Origin: Mobula hypostoma
Lineage: Eukaryota
Reading direction: 5' to 3'
Length of the DNA stretch: 64,000 bases
Assembly: GCF_963921235.1 (NCBI RefSeq)
Contig: NC_086108.1
Coordinates: forward strand, 67,024,001 to 67,088,000
The notes beneath the pieces were generated by a model that did no database searches, had not been told where the DNA came from, and saw only the letters and a program-made list of their open reading frames with translations. The number at the start of each line of letters is the position of its first letter. Positions within the stretch are counted from its first letter, which is position 1. The position numbers and the translations under genes are program-made. Positions 62,376-64,000 of the stretch are shown here, piece after piece.

Positions 62376-63870
62376 GCAACACACACAAAAAGCTGGAAGC
62401 AGCATCTATGGAAATAAATAAATACTGTAGTCGATGTTTCAGGCCGAGACCCTTCTTCAGGACTGGAAGGAAAGGGGGAAGACACCAGAATAAAAAGATA
62501 GGATGAGGGGAAGGAGGTAGAAGAATATAGGTGAAGCCAGGTACATGGGCAAAGTGAAAGGCTGGAGAAGAAGGGGTCTGATAGGAGAGGAGAGTAGACC
62601 CTGGGAGAAAGGGAAGGAGGAGGAGCACCAGGTGGAGGTGATAGGCAGATGAGGAGAAGAGGTAAAAGGCCAGAGTGGGGAACAGAAGAGGGAAGAGGGA
62701 GGAAAATTTTTTACTGGTTGGAGAAATCAATGTTCATACCATCAGGTTGGAGACTGCCCAGATGGAATATGAGGTGTTGCTTCTCCACCCCGAGAGTGCC
62801 TCATTGTGACAAAAGAGGTTACCATGGACATACATGTCAGAATGGGAATGTTGATAGGAATTAAAGTGGTTGGTTCCTGATAGACTTCCTCTTGTCCTCA
62901 TCTACCACTCCATTACCCTCCACATTCAACATATCACTCTCCACAATTTCCGTCATCTTCAACAGGATCCAGCACCAATCACATCCTTACGTTCCTTCCC
63001 CCATCTCTCTGCTTTCTGCAGTGATTGCTCCCTCTGTGATTCCCTTGTCCATTTGTCCCTCCCCACTAACCTCCTCTGTGATTCCCTTGTCCATTTGTCC
63101 TTCCCCACTAATCTCCTTCCTGGTACATACTCCTGCAAGTGACCAAAATGCTACACCTGTCAATTTACCCCCCATTCAGTCCCAAACAGTCCTTCCAGGT
63201 GAGGCAACATTCCACCAGCGGATCTGTTGGGGTTGCCTACTGTATCTGGTGCTCCCGATGTAGCCTCCTCTACATTGGTGAAACCTAACGTAAATTGGGG
63301 GACATGCTTGTAAGCACCTCCACTCCATCTGTCAAGAGTGGAATTTCCCTGTGGTCAACCATTTTAATTTCTATCACCGTTCCCATTCTGACATTTTGGT
63401 CCATGGACTCCTATTTTGCCATGATGAGGCCACTCTCTGCACGGTGGGGCAACACTTCAGATTCCATCATCAATTTCTCCTTCCAGTAAAACTTTCCCTC
63501 CCCCTTTTCTTATATTCCCAACTATGGCCCCTTACCTCTTCCCCTCACCTGCCTATTATCTCCTGCTGGTGCCTCTCCTTTTCTTTCTCCAATGGTCCAC
63601 TCTCCTTTCCTATCAGATTCCTTCTTTTCCAGCTGTTTACATTTCCCACCCACCAGGCTTCACTTCTCATCTTCCAGCGAATCCTCTTTCCCTTCACCTA
63701 TCTTTTTTATTCTGGTGTCTTCCCCCTTCCTTTCCAGTCCCAACGAAGGGTCTCAACCTGAAACCTCGACTGTTTATTTATTTCCATAGATGCTGCCTGA
63801 CCTACTGAATTCCTCCAGCATTTTGCATGCGTTACTTGGATTTCCAGCATCTGTAAAATCTCTTGTGTTG
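62376..63870 (+). mobile_element. Penelope-like element: GIY-YIG-bearing 3' part (62873-63870, +) preceded by an inverted copy of its 3' ~500 bp (62376-62872, -)
   Basis: ggggttgcctactgtatctggtgctcccgatgtagcctcctctacattggtgaaacc = GVAYCIWCSRCSLLYIGET. Hammerhead-like motifs at 62429-62464 (-) and 63736-63771 (+). Confidence 0.85.
63031..63114 (+). repeat. 42-bp tandem duplication inside the Penelope-like element
   Basis: cctctgtgattcccttgtccatttgtcc(c/t)tccccactaa(c/t)ct occurs twice, with two mismatches. Confidence 0.9.
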
Positions 63871-64000
63871 TAGGCAACTAGCATTTTTTGAATCAAGTTG
63901 AGTTTACTTAAACGCTTTTAATTGATTAGATGGGTCCTTAGGGATTTTTAAATGTCCTGTTTAAATTTTTCATCATTTAAAAAGATATAATTGAAATTTA

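Noticed and set aside
1..64000. CRISPR arrays, operons or other prokaryotic systems
   Set aside because: The sequence is intron-containing, repeat-rich vertebrate DNA; I saw no repeat-spacer array or operon-like gene density.

Overview
This is eukaryotic (vertebrate) genomic DNA, not prokaryotic. The repeat mix (abundant CR1, Rex1/Babar-like LINEs, Penelope-like elements, V-SINEs, a Deu-domain SINE) suggests a cartilaginous fish, probably a ray; that assignment is inference. The only host gene I can support is the 5' end of a TRABD2/Tiki (Wnt-cleaving TraB-domain metalloprotease) gene on the minus strand: coding exon 1 at 17348-17458 and exon 2 at 16365-16925, inside a CpG island. Positions 1-16364 are probably its intron 2; no exon 3 was recognised. 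Most of the rest is transposon-derived. It includes a full-length but mutated Ty3/Gypsy LTR element (25140-32489; paired LTRs, tRNA-Leu PBS, PPT), a Tc1 element, a hAT/Charlie element, a near full-length CR1 carrying nested L2, L1 and Penelope insertions, and about ten Penelope-like terminal-repeat insertions carrying a minimal hammerhead-ribozyme motif. I see no clearly new protein-coding system. The most interesting signals are the hammerhead-bearing Penelope repeats (one intact core, fold-back copies with exact target-site duplications, breakpoints clustering at the ribozyme), a patch of anomalously low divergence between the two LTRs, a uORF arrangement upstream of TRABD2, and tandem monomers at the 5' end of the CR1. 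Repeat family names come from motif recognition, not database searches, and most repeat boundaries without a TSD are approximate.
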